Assembly: GCA_965226055.1 (NCBI GenBank)
Contig: CBDDCA010000006.1
Location: forward strand, 96,001 to 160,000
Length of the DNA: 64,000 nucleotides
Direction: 5' to 3'
Source of the DNA: Spirochaetia bacterium
GTDB lineage: Bacteria; Spirochaetota; Spirochaetia; WTKD01; G963693115
How positions within the stretch are numbered: position 1 is the first letter of the stretch; every line of letters begins with the position of its first letter. The position numbers and the translations under genes are program-made. Positions 41,348 to 51,812 of the stretch are shown here, in pieces. The notes under the pieces are model-generated. The model was not told where the DNA came from. It worked only from the letters and a program-made list of their open reading frames with translations, and made no database searches.

Positions 41348-42637
41348 CTATAGTACTTCTTCTATGACTTCTATGCTCTTCCATTTTCCTTGTATATACC
41401 GTATCATCATGCCAATACCAACGGCAAATGCATATCCTATAAAGATAATCCATGCTCCTATTGGAGATACACTATTATTTTGTACTACAATATACAGGAG
41501 TACAACAAATACTATAGCGATACTAATAAAAATATACATAGATGCCTTAGTATCGCCTGCTCCTCTTAGTGCTCCAGAAAAGGTTAAGTGTGCTGCATCT
41601 GCAAGAAGATAAATACATGCGGTCCTTAGCATTGTCTTTGCAAGGGGATATACTTGCTGTGGTTCTTTCATAGTTGCCAAAAAAGGTACGATAAAATAAT
41701 GGGTAAATATCAAAAAACAAGCCATGATAAATAAAGCATAGAGTACCACCATAGAAAACGATGTTCTCACTACCCTCCTTACAGAAACTATATCTTTTGC
41801 TCCCATATAACGACCAACAAGGGAAGTGGTAGCAAACTGTGCTCCTATCATGGGAATAAAGAACATAGAGTCCCAGTTTATTGCTATGGTAACTGCTGAT
41901 CCTACAACAGCACCATAGTTGTTCATTATCAGAATAAAATAATTAAATGCTCCAACTCCTACTAATGCTTCAATTCCTGCAGGTGTCCCAAAACGTATAA
42001 GTTTCTTAAGTATTGATGTATCCAAAGAAAGAAAACTACGAGTGTTGTACTGAGCATGTATTTTTTTCCCAAAATAATGCCATAGCTGAATGAATAGTGA
42101 AATAACACTGCTCAATATAGTAGCTATTGCAGCTCCTACTATGCCAAGTTCTGGAAATACCCATATTCCATTGATAAGCATATAGTTTAGTGGTATGTTA
42201 ACAAGTAATCCTATAATATTGGCTATCATGACAATACTTGAGTTACCTATCCCAATAAAAAATCCACTAAATCCACTTCGTATTATTGAAAATAGTCCTC
42301 CCAGCAAAAGTATCTGTGTGTAAATGACTTGTAGTTCATTTTGTACAGGATCATGATCAAACAAGCCATACATAAGAGGCACAAGTAAATACAAAATAAA
42401 TACAATAGGGAATGTAAATATACCAAAATACAATGATTGTATTCCTACTTTTGCACATTGATGATATTTTTTCGCTCCAAAATACTGCGCTGTAATGGTA
42501 TTAGTAAAATTTGCAGTGAAAATAAACATGCCACATAAGAAAAAAAATGTTACTCCTCCTGTCAATGTCGCATTAAGATATAATTCTCCTTGACCTTCTT
42601 TATAATTTGTCAAAAATAATCTATCAGTAAAAAACAT
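41348..42637 (-). CDS. MATE family efflux transporter (true N-terminus probably further upstream)
   Basis: Many TM segments; NIPLNYMLI, ELGIVGAAIAT, LRGAGDT; MATE-like KEL..IAFPIVVSQ lies in frame upstream of the called start. Confidence 0.88.
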   Translation of the reverse strand: MFFTDRLFLTNYKEGQGELYLNATLTGGVTFFFLCGMFIFTANFTNTITAQYFGAKKYHQCAKVGIQSLYFGIFTFPIVFILYLLVPLMYGLFDHDPVQNELQVIYTQILLLGGLFSIIRSGFSGFFIGIGNSSIVMIANIIGLLVNIPLNYMLINGIWVFPELGIVGAAIATILSSVISLFIQLWHYFGKKIHAQYNTRSFLSLDTSILKKLIRFGTPAGIEALVGVGAFNYFILIMNNYGAVVGSAVTIAINWDSMFFIPMIGAQFATTSLVGRYMGAKDIVSVRRVVRTSFSMVVLYALFIMACFLIFTHYFIVPFLATMKEPQQVYPLAKTMLRTACIYLLADAAHLTFSGALRGAGDTKASMYIFISIAIVFVVLLYIVVQNNSVSPIGAWIIFIGYAFAVGIGMMIRYIQGKWKSIEVIEEVL

Positions 42638-42849
42638 AAGCGTATCAGTGGCCTGAGAGACTACTATAGGAAATGCAATGGATAAGTATGTAAACAGTTC
42701 TTTACGAGTAAAGAACTGTCATTTAATAAAATTTCGTATCATTTTCATCATAAAACTGCATGTAAATTATATATAGGGTATATGTTTTATCATTTAGTGT
42801 CAAATAAAGAGTATATTTTACAGAGAACAGCATACATTACGATGTATGT

Positions 42850-43575
42850 TTATGTACTGAGAGTACAGTGTACGAGATGTCGCTCCTTGCCATGTGAACA
42901 AAGAAGCGGAGTAATAGCATGTATATGTATATGCGCACTGTTCTTGACATGTTCTAGCTCTTGTTCAATATTTTCTTTTCTGCCTTTGTAGAGCAAGAGT
43001 GTTGCTTGTCCTACTGCATGGACTATGGCTTCTATAAGCGGCACAGTCAGAGGGCGAAATGCTCGTGCAGTAACAAGCACAGGCTGACACATACGGTCAT
43101 GAGAGAGAGACCAATGGTATAGATTGTTATTTATCACGGTAATGGGTAATTGTATAGAAAAAACATTGTTCAATGTACTAATACTATCTTGTAGAAACGC
43201 ACATTTTTTTGGAGATTTTTCTAATAAATACCAATGAGTTGGTATATTACACGCATAAAAACACAATGCAAGTAATATACCGGGAAATCCTGCTCCTGTT
43301 CCTAAATCTACACAAGGAATACTATGCTGTGTATCACAAGGAGATGCAAGATTTTTTACGATATGTTGTACTTGCTCATAAAAATACCCTAATGCAACTA
43401 AACAATCTTCAACATGATGTGCTACTATTTCGTTAGGCCCCATTATATTTAAGGTATTTCTTCTATTGTGTAATTCTTGTAAAAAGCACTGTATTGCTTT
43501 TTGAATAAACATATTTTCTTTTGGAGAAGAAAATGGAGCGGGCAAGGTGCTTAAAAAGGCTGAGGGTTCTATCAA
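42850..43575 (-). CDS. rsmG: 16S rRNA m7G527 methyltransferase (GidB)
   Basis: HHVEDCL, DLGTGAGFPGI, KKCAFL, TARAF, YKG. Confidence 0.85.
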   Translation of the reverse strand: MIEPSAFLSTLPAPFSSPKENMFIQKAIQCFLQELHNRRNTLNIMGPNEIVAHHVEDCLVALGYFYEQVQHIVKNLASPCDTQHSIPCVDLGTGAGFPGILLALCFYACNIPTHWYLLEKSPKKCAFLQDSISTLNNVFSIQLPITVINNNLYHWSLSHDRMCQPVLVTARAFRPLTVPLIEAIVHAVGQATLLLYKGRKENIEQELEHVKNSAHIHIHAITPLLCSHGKERHLVHCTLST

Positions 43576-43614
43576 TGATGTACTATAGTGGTATCATATA
43601 ATACCATGTATTTC

Positions 43615-43968
43615 TTATTCTTCTAATTGATCGTTAAAACCGTTATGATGTTTTTTATTATGGTGTTCCTTATGATGAGTGACTTTTTCATGTTCATCTG
43701 ATAAAATCTTTTTTAGTTTATGTACAAGATTTTCAATGGCGGGATAGAGTAATTCATGTTCAGTTTCACAATGTATCTTTTTATGATGACGTTTTGTGTT
43801 TATATCTGCTTCTATCTTAAATTGGTGAGATTCTTTGATAATGCGAATATCTCCACTTACTATAAATCCCTTAAGATAATCAAATTTTGATAGCTTTTCT
43901 TGTATAAATTCTCTTGTTGTATCGCCTAGGTGATAATGAATTCCATGCAGTTGTATTTGTTCTAACAT
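43615..43968 (-). CDS. hpf: Ribosome hibernation factor HPF/RaiA
   Basis: IQLHGIHYHL...LYPAIENLVHKL pattern; His-rich tail. Confidence 0.75.
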   Translation of the reverse strand: MLEQIQLHGIHYHLGDTTREFIQEKLSKFDYLKGFIVSGDIRIIKESHQFKIEADINTKRHHKKIHCETEHELLYPAIENLVHKLKKILSDEHEKVTHHKEHHNKKHHNGFNDQLEE

Positions 43969-44164
43969 GTTACCTCCATATGTTCTGCTCCTTATAATAT
44001 ATATATTTTACTACATTGCTAGTATATACTCATTGTATCAAAAGTAGTATTTTTATAAAATACTATGTACAAGTTTTATGTAGATTTAAGTGAAAATTCA
44101 AATGAGAATACCAACAAAGTACCTAAACATACTATAGGAATGCTTCCTTACTGCTCTTATGGTT

Positions 44165-44200
44165 CTATAGCAAGAAAGGAGCTATCCTTTCTTGCTATAG
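44165..44200 (-). terminator. Hairpin after lipoprotein paralog 2
   Basis: Perfect 16-bp IR CTATAGCAAGAAAGGA-GCTA-TCCTTTCTTGCTATAG. Confidence 0.8.
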
Positions 44201-44221
44201 GTATGTATTTCTATGTATTTA

Positions 44222-47200
44222 CTATGATGTACATGCTGAACTACCAACCTTTGGATACTTGCTTGTTTTGCCAGCCATAGCTGATCCTCGAAAGTCATCG
44301 CGATGTATTCTTGACACTTTACACAATTTCCATGATGACAAATCTTGATCAAAATTAGAAGCATTCAAAAATATAGCAAGAAAATTAAGATTCCTATCAG
44401 GTGTAACCTTCCGTACATCCCAATCTCCTATATCTTGATTAAAAGCACTTGCTCCACTAAACATCAACAATACCTTGGTAACATTACTCATATTCCAGTT
44501 TCCTATATCTTGATTAAATTTAGTAGCATCAGTAAACATATTAGTCATATTGGTTACTTTCCCCACATCCCAATCTCCTATGTCTTGATTAAATTTAGTA
44601 GCACTAGCAAACATCCCCCCCATATCCATTACATTACTGGTATTCCACTGTGTTATGTCTCCATTAAAAGTACTATCTCCACTAAATAAACTAAGCATAT
44701 CAGTAATAGCACTGGTGTCTATCATGTTGAGGTTAGGGCTATTAGTATTTTGTCTCCCTGCTCCTCTTTCTGCAGTAATAATATCTTGTAGTGCTTTCTT
44801 TGTTGTTGGTCTGTAATAAGTAGCTGACTGTCCTGCTAGTTTCACCAGTCCTGTCTCTACATTGATAGTCGCAAGTACCTTTTGTCCTGAGTATGCTCCT
44901 GCAGAAGTAATGGTACACTCCACTACCTCATAGTTATACTCAGTTATAGCAGTATCATGTATGTTTGATTTATTTGCTATGCCTGTTATTGTTACTGTAT
45001 TGGTATTTTTTGTAAACGATATTGTTAAGCCTGTTTCTTCTTTGAGTGTGCTATCATCTAAGGTGCTTTCATCACAGGTAAATGATAGTCCACTAGGACT
45101 GATACTGGTAAGTACTCTCGTTGTATTTTGTGCGAGTGCTGTGCCTACTGTTGCTGATACCTTTGTGGCATTTCCTATCGCTACTGCTGGCGTACTGGCA
45201 GATACTGCTGTTGCTTCTGCTGATACCTTTGTCTTTTTGAGGCTGTTTACTGCTACTGCGGTAATATAGTACTTTGTATTCAATCGTAGGTTGCGTATTG
45301 TATAGCTTGTTGCTCCTGTTGGTACATCGTCTTTTTCTGCTCCTTCTTGTGCATCGCTTGCTCCTTGTGCCTGTGTTTTTACTGTTGCTCCATCTATGTT
45401 TGTTTTTGAGGCTGCGTAGTATACTATATAGTCTATTTGATTATCTCTTAAATCAGTTCCATCTTCTGTCGTTCCTTTCACAGTAGGGGCTGTTATGGTA
45501 AGTACTATGGTTGCTCCTTGTGCATTTGCTTGTATGGTGGGCTTTCCTGGTGCGGCATAGGCTTCTTTTGCGATAAACTCCTTGCGTAGTCCTGTTGCTT
45601 CTTTGCTGGTATCGGTGCTGTTTACTGCTTGTACTACTATTTCGTAGCTTGTGCCTACTGTCAATCCTGTCAGAGTACTGTTGGTTGTGCCTGCTGCTAC
45701 TGTTGTGGAGCTTCCTGCTGCTGTTTTTATTTGTGCTGCTGTCCTCGTTGTACTGCCACTTTTGGCTACTTTGTATACTTTGTACGATACTTGTGCTGCT
45801 GTTAGGGTGTCTCCTTTGTTTGTTTTGTGGCTTGCATTGAGGCTGGGAGCTGTCCACGATACTGTTGCACTCCCTCCTGTTACTCCTCCTACTTGTATGG
45901 TGCTTACTTCTGCGGGGGCTGTCGCTTGTGATGCGGTTGTTACACTTGCCACTGTCGATACTGCTTTTTTGCTTGTGTCTGTTTTTACTGCTACTTCTAC
46001 CACAAAGTGATACTTTGTGGCTCCTTTTATTGCTACTACTGGTGCTGTGTCTTCAGATACGCCTAAACTGCTAAGGGCTTGTACTGTGTACACTCCGCTA
46101 CTTGCTGTGCCTATGTTTACTTTTCTGCCTCTTTGTACTTCTGCTACTGTTGGTGTTGTGTCTTTCTGTAAGCCGTATACTGTGTATACGAGCTCATCAT
46201 TGCTTGTCACTGTTGTGCCATCTTTGTTTTTTGCTCCTGTTATTGTGCTTAACTGTGTGAGTACGAGCTTTATTGTTCCTGTCGTGTTTGTTGAGGGTGA
46301 TACTACCAGCTTGCCTGTTAAGGACGATGTAGGGGCTGTTGCTTTTGAGGTGGGGATAGTGCTTAATTCTAGTTTTTGTATCAGTGCAGGGTCTTTGCTT
46401 TGTGCTTTCTTTGTGGCATAAGGATTGAGGCTGTTTATTGCTTCTATGCCTATGGTATATACTGCTCCTTTTGTTCCTATAAATGTTCCTCGTAAGCTGC
46501 TGTTTCCTGCTATCTCTTGTGTTTGTACTCCTCCCATTGCTTTTATTTCCGCTATAGTTTTAGTACTCTGGTCTCCTGCTACTATGTATACTTTGTACTG
46601 TATTTGTGCCTGTGTGAGTTGTCTGTCATTGGGTGCTTTATGATTGCTGGTAATTGTTCCTTTTTGAAACTCGTACTGTACGGTATCGCTTGTCTGTGTT
46701 GATGTTTCGATAAACAGAGTGAGATTTTCTGGTGCTGGGGGGACAGTGGATACTGCATCATATACTGCTACTTTTTCAGTGAGCGTTGTTGGGGGACTTA
46801 CTCTGTTATTTTCTACTGTGAGAAAGGTAAAGCTATAGCTTTTTGCATTTGCTTGTGTTGAGGATACTTCTATGCCATCTGCTATGCCAAAGCTAATGGT
46901 GGTTGCTGTACTTGTTATGCTTTTTTCTGCTACCAGTGTTGTGCCATCTAACATACGCAGAGTGTAGTACTTATTTGATCCAGGAGCTTGCTTAAAGGTT
47001 GCTTTTATTTGTATTGCTCCTGTTGTTGTAACTAGGGCAGGCTTGCTTTGAAAGAGATCTTCTGAGGGAGCTGTAAGTGAGTTGGGCGTGCTTATGTCTT
47101 TTGTTGCTTGGGTGCTTTTATTTTCTGAGTAATCATAGGTGAGTATTGTTATGGTATATGTTTTTCCTTGCACAAGTTCTTCAACAGAGAGTGACTTTGT

Positions 47201-48896
47201 GGGATAGGGTATTTTCTTCTCGCTCAGTACTGTGGTACTTGTGCCTTTCTCTTGTATGCTTATGCTGTATTCTTTTATGTCTTTGTTATTGGCTTTTGTT
47301 GTATCGGGAGCTGTCCATGTTATCTGTGTGCCTATCTTTGCTGCTGATACAAAGGGATAGCTTGCTTGTATGTTTGTCACTGCATCGGGGGCGGTGCTAT
47401 CTGCTGCTGTGCTGACTGTGGCTGTTGCTTCTGTTCCTTTGTTGCCTGCACTGTCCATTGATACGACTGCCACTGTATACTCGGTAGTTGCTTTGAGGCC
47501 TGGTATCTGTGTGTTGCGTACTGTTCTCTCTGTTATTGTTACTGTCTTTGCTGCTGTTGTGCTGTCCTTTTCTGTTGCTGTTATAGTCACTCCTGCATAG
47601 TCTCGTACATCGGGGGCTTGCCAGCCTACTACTATGCTTGTTGCTCCTCCTACTGCACTCACATTGGTCGCTGGCTCTGTGCTTTTATCGGTTGTTGCTT
47701 GTTCTTTTGACACTGCAGTGGAGTACTTTCCGTTTTGAGAAACATACACCTCTACTTTGTACGTAAGCGTGCCGTAGAGTTTTGTGAATGCTATGCCATC
47801 TTTTGCTACATACACAGTGGCGTATTCTTTGTTTTGTGCGGTTGCACTGCTGAGTGTTGCAGTACTGCTATTGTTCACAGTTTCCTCTGCTACTACTGTA
47901 TTTGTTGCAGTTGCTATAACGCGTACTAAGAGGCTTTTGTCTGTAAAGGTAACATTTCCCCATTTGATAAGCAGGCTTTCATCGGCTGGGCTATTGCTTT
48001 TATCGTTTGCTGTTACTGTAAGATTTGCCTCTGGCAGTGGCGTTACTGTTTGTGAAAGCTGGGATGCTTGCACGCCTGTCAGTACTGTTGTAGGACTGCT
48101 TGTGTTGTCATTTCTGTCTTTGTAGCGTATTTCTACATCATAGGATATGCCTGCAAGCGTGGAGACATTTGAAAGTATAACTTCTCCTTGCTGTAGGTTC
48201 TGCACGGTAGCTTGCGCAAGCACTATGCCACCAGTCGTGCTTTTTACCACTATTGTGGCTTCGGCTATATCTGTCTTGCCTAGAGCAAGTCGTTCTTTAT
48301 CCCATGTTATCTTTATGCCATCCCCCGACTTCTCTACTCCTACCTGTGTCAATGTGTCCTGTGGTGCAGTAGTATCTATCAGTGTTGTCACAGAGCGTGT
48401 TGTTTTTGGTGATACTTCTGTGTCTTTTTGTGCCTCTATCTCTACAGTGTAGTTGGTGAGTGCTTGTAAGCCTTTGAGTTGGTACGATTGTCCTTGTTGA
48501 AAGAGTGTTTGATATTCTATTGCAGGAACACGCACCTGTATTGATTGTGCTGGTGTCGATGATGTAGCTTTTACGACTACATGTGTGGCTTCGCTGGGAG
48601 CTTCCCAGCGTAATGCAAGTGTCCCATCGTTGCTTGCTACTTGTATCTGCACATTGGACACTGATGCGAGTGTCGGGGTTACCTGTTTTCCCCCTCCGCC
48701 TGATGAGGAACTGCTACTGCCCTCCGAACATCCTACGAGTACGAGGGTAGTCATTGCTAGCACTAAAAATAATGCTACTAGAGTTAGGTTTTGCTTATAT
48801 CGAGAGTGTACCCCCCCCCCCCCCGATTTTTTTCATGCTGTATAGCTCTTTGCTTTTGTAGCTATCGTTTATCCATATTTTCATAAAAACTTTCAT
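44222..48896 (-). CDS. Giant FN3/DUF285 lipoprotein (paralog 2), frameshifted in the signal peptide at a G14 tract
   Basis: RBS AAGGAG plus ATG at 48896 (second ATG 48836) reads MKKI-G14 into TAA; 13 or 16 G joins in frame to ...[24 protein letters not shown] and the 44222-48763 ORF. Confidence 0.85.
48811..48824 (-). repeat. Poly-G14 contingency tract
   Basis: 14 consecutive C on the + strand in an AT-rich genome, inside the signal-peptide coding region. Confidence 0.9.
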
Positions 48897-49013
48897 AAAA
48901 ATCTCCTTTTATTTTATTATCGTATATAGTAATTATAGTACAAAATGCTATTAATTATTCCGTGATACAAGTACTATTAGATACAGATAGCACATAAGAG
49001 AGCAAGAATACAA

Positions 49014-50075
49014 TCATCCTGCTTCCATCATTGTAATAGCTTTATGTACTCCTTGCATTGGCATATCAGATTTCTGTAAAGAGCATGTAAGACTGTATCG
49101 CCATTTTCTTGCTCCTGATTGTCCGTTAAAAAAAGGAATAAGATGACGTATAGCATGTAAGATATATGATCTCTCTTTCGTTTTTTGTGTGCTTGTCATA
49201 CAAGATTCCAGATATTCAGCATAGCACTGAGCAATAGTAAATATCACCTTACGTGAAATAGGAGTATTGTTATTTTCCATTGCACATACCTTATTATCTG
49301 CTTTCTCTCCAAAAAATAGACTATCGGCATGATAGAATAGCATAGGATTTTCTATTGCTAATCGCCCTATCATAACAGCAGAAACATGATGTAAATGCTC
49401 TTTCGCCTGTACAAAATTTTTTATTCCTCCATTTATTTCTATAGGAACAGGAGCAGAAATAGCAATACGATATACATCATCATAGCGAAGTGGCGGAATA
49501 TCTCTATTCTGCTTAGGACTGAGCCCTCCAAGTATAGCAATACGAGCATGTATTGTAAGAGCATCTATCCCAGCATTACACATTGAGGAAACAAAATGCT
49601 CTAAATATTCATATGTATCATATACAGGCATACCAAATTTAGTACCGTCAAGCCCTAAGCGACATTTAAGCGTAATAGGAACATCTACCGCTCGTAGCAT
49701 TTTCTCAACAATAGTAGCTGTATTAGAAATATCAGCCATCAGGCTTACTCCAAAACGACCTTGCTTTACTCTTTCACTAGGACACCCTGCATTGATATTT
49801 ATTCCATCATATCCATAATCAACAGCAATTTTTGCTGCCTCTGCCATATCATCTGCATTGTCTCCCCCTAACTGTAGAATAACTGGCTTCTCTTGTAAAG
49901 AAAAAGAGAGATGCCTCTTTGTATCACCATGAAGAATAGCTCCTGTGCTTATCATTTCAGTATAGAGCAATGTATATTTTGTGATATACCGCATGAGCAT
50001 ACGAAAATGTCTATCCGTATAGTCCATCATAGGAGCTATACTTATAGGATGTATTGCTTTTTTATCAGAGTACAT
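49014..50075 (-). CDS. dusA: tRNA dihydrouridine synthase DusA
   Basis: SIAPMMDYTDRHFR, NINAGCPS, HARIAILGGLSPKQNRDIPPLRY. Confidence 0.93.
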   Translation of the reverse strand: MYSDKKAIHPISIAPMMDYTDRHFRMLMRYITKYTLLYTEMISTGAILHGDTKRHLSFSLQEKPVILQLGGDNADDMAEAAKIAVDYGYDGININAGCPSERVKQGRFGVSLMADISNTATIVEKMLRAVDVPITLKCRLGLDGTKFGMPVYDTYEYLEHFVSSMCNAGIDALTIHARIAILGGLSPKQNRDIPPLRYDDVYRIAISAPVPIEINGGIKNFVQAKEHLHHVSAVMIGRLAIENPMLFYHADSLFFGEKADNKVCAMENNNTPISRKVIFTIAQCYAEYLESCMTSTQKTKERSYILHAIRHLIPFFNGQSGARKWRYSLTCSLQKSDMPMQGVHKAITMMEAG

Positions 50076-50188
50076 ATTGTTAGGAAATTATGTATTTTAC
50101 TCAGCTAAAGCAAATTGAAAGAACTAGCTGAAAATTTCGATAATCTATGTTGATTGTGCTATTTATTTTTGCTTGCATTTGAATAAAG

Positions 50189-51168
50189 TTATCCATTCTT
50201 TATTATCTCCTTTTGCAATCTTTTTCTTATAATATTTATGTACTTTGATTCTAACTCATATCCTATTATTTTTCTTTTGTTTCTATAACTTGCTATTGCT
50301 GTGCTACCACTCCCTAAAAATGGATCTAGTACCGTTTGCTTCTCTTGAGTAAATATTTTTATGAGATGCTCTAATAATGCAACTGGTTTCTGTGTAGGGT
50401 GTTCGGTTCTATCTTCACCTGCAGGTTTTTCAACTTTAATTACATTAGAGGGAAAATAACCATCCATAGTAACTTTTGTATCAATAAGCCCTACCTCCCA
50501 TTTATCAAAGTTATCTATAAATGTTCCTTCTAGTGGTTTTTGTGCTAACATCATTGGCTCAAAAGCAGGTTTTAATTGAGGTGTTTTTCGCCCATTTATC
50601 TTGTTTTTTAGTCGTTTTTTTCTCTATCTGATATATCTTTTTTGTCTATAAAATGATCTAGTGTAAATGCCTTTGGTTGTGCTTTTTTTGTATAATGCCA
50701 TGTCAACATATCTTTAATCCAAAATCCAGCATCTTCGCTAGCTACCGCCATTCTTTGATACAATCTCCCTTGACTAAAGGATATAAAAAAGCCACCTGGA
50801 ACTAATACTCTATAAATTTCTCTTGCAACCTTTTCAAAAAAAATTCCAAAGTTTATACTCTGCTCGGGGCTAAACTTCATGCCAGCAGGTAAATTTCCAA
50901 CTGTGTTACTGTTAGTAGTATTTATTTTTTTATCGTTCCATGTATTATCTAGCTTATCTATAAAATAGGGAGGATCAGTTAAAACAAGATGTATAGAATT
51001 ATCTGCAAGTGTAGGTAAAAAGTCAAAGCAATCTCCATCTCTTAATTGTATTCCTTCATGGAATTGTATTCCTTCATGGAAAGGGTTATCTTGAGGAGAT
51101 TTTATTGCCTCGCCTAGTAATTGATCAAAGCTCATTGGAATAGGATCATTAAATACTATTTCACTCAT
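50189..51168 (-). pseudogene. Beta-class N6A/N4C DNA methyltransferase split by a frameshift at an A7 run
   Basis: DPPY in the upstream ORF; HPTQKP and LDPFLGSGST in the downstream ORF; one extra A at 50615-50621 fuses them (DREKKRLKNKINGRKTPQLKPAFEP). Confidence 0.85.
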
Positions 51169-51692
51169 CCTATTAGCTCCTTGTAGCTTAGTTTAATACC
51201 ACTCCCTTGTTTTAGTTTTTTATTTTCATGCTTATTTTTTTCTTTTTCACCTATACACATCTCATCTATCTCTACTATTCCTGTAAGAGATTTTGTAAAA
51301 TCTACATTTTCTATTATCATTCTTATTCTGTGCATGAGAAACCATGCTGACATTTGCTGTAATCCCAACTCGTTGCTTAATTGTACAGAAGATATACTTT
51401 TTTTACTTGATGTTATCAACCATAAAGCAGCAAAGCATTTTTGTAAAGGTAACTTACAACCTTCAAAGATAGTTCCTTTTTTAATACTAAATTGCGTTTT
51501 GCATCTTTTACATTTATACACATTTCTAGTATTCAACAGAGTACTTTCATTGCATGATTTACAATTATGACATACAACACCATTAGGAAACCTTAATTTT
51601 TCCATATACTTAATACAAGTTTCTTCATCTTTGAATACTCTAAAAAAATCAGCTATACTTTTAACGATTGTACTTTTCATAGTGTTATTCAT
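51165..51692 (-). pseudogene. IS1595-family transposase with internal deletion
   Basis: Zn ribbon CHNC...CKRC, GTIFEG, LGLQQMSAWFLMHRIR, VEIDE, then jumps directly to the C-terminal LSYKELI; most of the DDE core is missing. Confidence 0.85.
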
Positions 51693-51812
51693 ATTACATA
51701 TAGTAGTATATTTTTAGTGGTGTGTCAATTTTTATTCACACCACACTCACGCTATATTTATGGTGTGAGTAATAAAATTTAATTTTCTATTGTTACTATA
51801 GTACCTTTACTA

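Larger units (their letters stand above)
50083..51787 (-). mobile_element. Non-autonomous IS1595-family element with passenger methyltransferase
   Basis: 8-bp direct repeat TATTGTTA at 50075-50082 and 51788-51795; imperfect TIRs GGAAATTATGTATTTTACTCA (50083-) and TGAGTAATAAAATTTAATTTTC (-51787); internal transposase. Confidence 0.85.

Noticed and set aside
42719-42721. TGA=Trp genetic code or selenocysteine
   Set aside because: TGA terminates recJ, dusA and other genes at plausible ends, TGG encodes Trp throughout, and the position is not an obvious redox-Cys site.
49014-51795. dusA-associated integrative element
   Set aside because: No tyrosine integrase present; TIRs and the 8-bp TSD indicate IS1595 transposition.
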